DNA of 36,070 bases from a virus. Taxonomy: Duplodnaviria; Caudoviricetes. A program made the translations under genes and the position numbers. The DNA is taken from IMG/VR virus record IMGVR_UViG_3300020045_007532, positions 1 through 36,070 of that record; one strand, given 5' to 3'. Positions 35,318 through 36,070 of the stretch are shown here, in pieces (position 1 is the stretch's first letter; every line of letters starts with the position of its first letter). A model generated the notes under the pieces. That model searched no databases, was not told where the DNA came from, and saw only the letters and a program-made list of their open reading frames with translations.

Positions 35318-35590
35318 CTAGAGCTCCTCGTCTAGTGCTGTAGCCTGAATAACTATATTTCCAGTTACTGCAACTGTGGCGGGGAGCAATTTGGAGATTG
35401 CAGAGACAAATACCCGTGCATTGGCTGGATCAGCTTGCACAAACTCTACAAGCCACGCAGCTCCACCAAGTTGGTCGAACGCATCACGAAATACCTCGCG
35501 CAGCTGCTTGATAGCAATATTAGGCCCTACCGGCTGCGTGAGCGGTGTTGAACGAATAGCTTGGGGCTGCGTTTGAGGAATTAAGGCCAT
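35318..35590 (-). CDS. terS: Terminase small subunit (putative)
   Basis: 90 aa directly upstream of terL; AFDQLGGAAWL...FVSAISKLLP pattern. Confidence 0.7.
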   Translation of the reverse strand: MALIPQTQPQAIRSTPLTQPVGPNIAIKQLREVFRDAFDQLGGAAWLVEFVQADPANARVFVSAISKLLPATVAVTGNIVIQATALDEEL

Positions 35591-35598
35591 ATTGACGT

Positions 35599-35627
35599 AT
35601 TATACAGCGGACGGACGGACTTTCGAA
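35599..35627 (-). promoter_or_regulatory. Promoter giving a near-leaderless terS transcript
   Basis: TTCGAA, 17 nt, TATAAT, ending 8 nt before the ATG; no SD sequence. Confidence 0.6.
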
Positions 35628-35706
35628 AATATATTTTTAGCGGGTGGGGCAGTCTAACTGCGGTTTTCTGCTGATCGCAATGCGCCGACTGTGCCACGAG
35701 ATGTCT

Positions 35707-35795
35707 AAAACGCGCGAAAGGAGGCCACGTTACGTTTAAATCGTCAGCTGATATAAACGTATGCGTTTCGATTTAAATCGACCGATTTTGGGCTT
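35707..35795. repeat. Three-block 89-bp element, copy B
   Basis: Ungapped match to 15406-15494; internal inverted repeat TTTAAATCG/CGATTTAAA. Confidence 0.75.
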
Positions 35796-35874
35796 ATGCT
35801 GGGCTTATTGCTCATGAGGAGTGTATTTTGGTCGTTTTATAATTTTCTGCCTGCACTTGCGCGAGCCCAGTTCG

Positions 35875-35901
35875 CCCGGTCCCCCCACCCCCCGGGGCCC
35901 C
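35875..35901 (-). other. G-tract cluster (possible G-quadruplex or packaging signal)
   Basis: The - strand reads GGGG-CCCC-GGGGGG-T-GGGGGG-ACC-GGG. Confidence 0.5.
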
Positions 35902-35920
35902 TGGAGGCAAAATTCCGTCC

Positions 35921-36070
35921 ATAGTTATATAGTTATATAGTTATATAGTTATATAGTTATATAGTTATATAGTTATATAGTTATATAGTTATATAGTTAT
36001 ATAGTTATATAGTTATATAGTTATATAGTTATATAGTTATATAGTTATGTAGTTATATAGTTATATATTT
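35921..36070. repeat. Right terminal tandem array (TTATATAG)n, about 18 units
   Basis: Same unit and orientation as 1-215; one TTATGTAG variant; ends TTATATAT-TT. Confidence 0.98.

Noticed and set aside
1-36070. Prophage or temperate lifestyle, tRNAs, alternative genetic code
   Set aside because: No integrase, CI-like repressor, host flanks or tRNA cloverleaf was seen by eye; genes are intact and tightly packed under the standard code. The 5-nt TATTT end match is better explained as circular overlap than as an att core.

Overview
The window looks like a complete or near-complete genome of a ~36 kb tailed dsDNA phage with podovirus morphogenesis genes of the P22/Sf6 type. Two gene arms converge near 15.3-15.5 kb. 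The + arm (456-15290) holds small early genes, a Toprim primase fused to a VapE/VirE helicase, DenV, an ATP-dependent ligase, an SSB-like protein, an HNH endonuclease, PolA, a Cas4-like nuclease, VRR-NUC, an SNF2 helicase and a four-gene nucleotide module. The - arm (35590-15494) holds terminase, portal, spike/fibre, scaffold, coat, tail, ejection and lysis genes. No integrase, recognisable repressor or RNA polymerase was found, so it is probably lytic and uses host sigma70; GAAAG-type ribosome-binding sites hint at a Burkholderiales host (inference). The most unusual features are non-coding. (1) Both ends carry the same (TTATATAG)n satellite, which joins in register through a 5-nt overlap. 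(2) Several early promoters are followed by covarying 5'-terminal hairpins that share an AATWAS loop. (3) An 89-bp three-block element occurs at both edges of the virion/lysis arm. (4) There is an iteron-like, AT-rich origin candidate. The thymidylate synthase homologue has Asp at the dUMP/dCMP specificity position, suggesting cytosine methylation or an alternative route to dTMP. All product calls come from motif recognition by eye; no database search was run.
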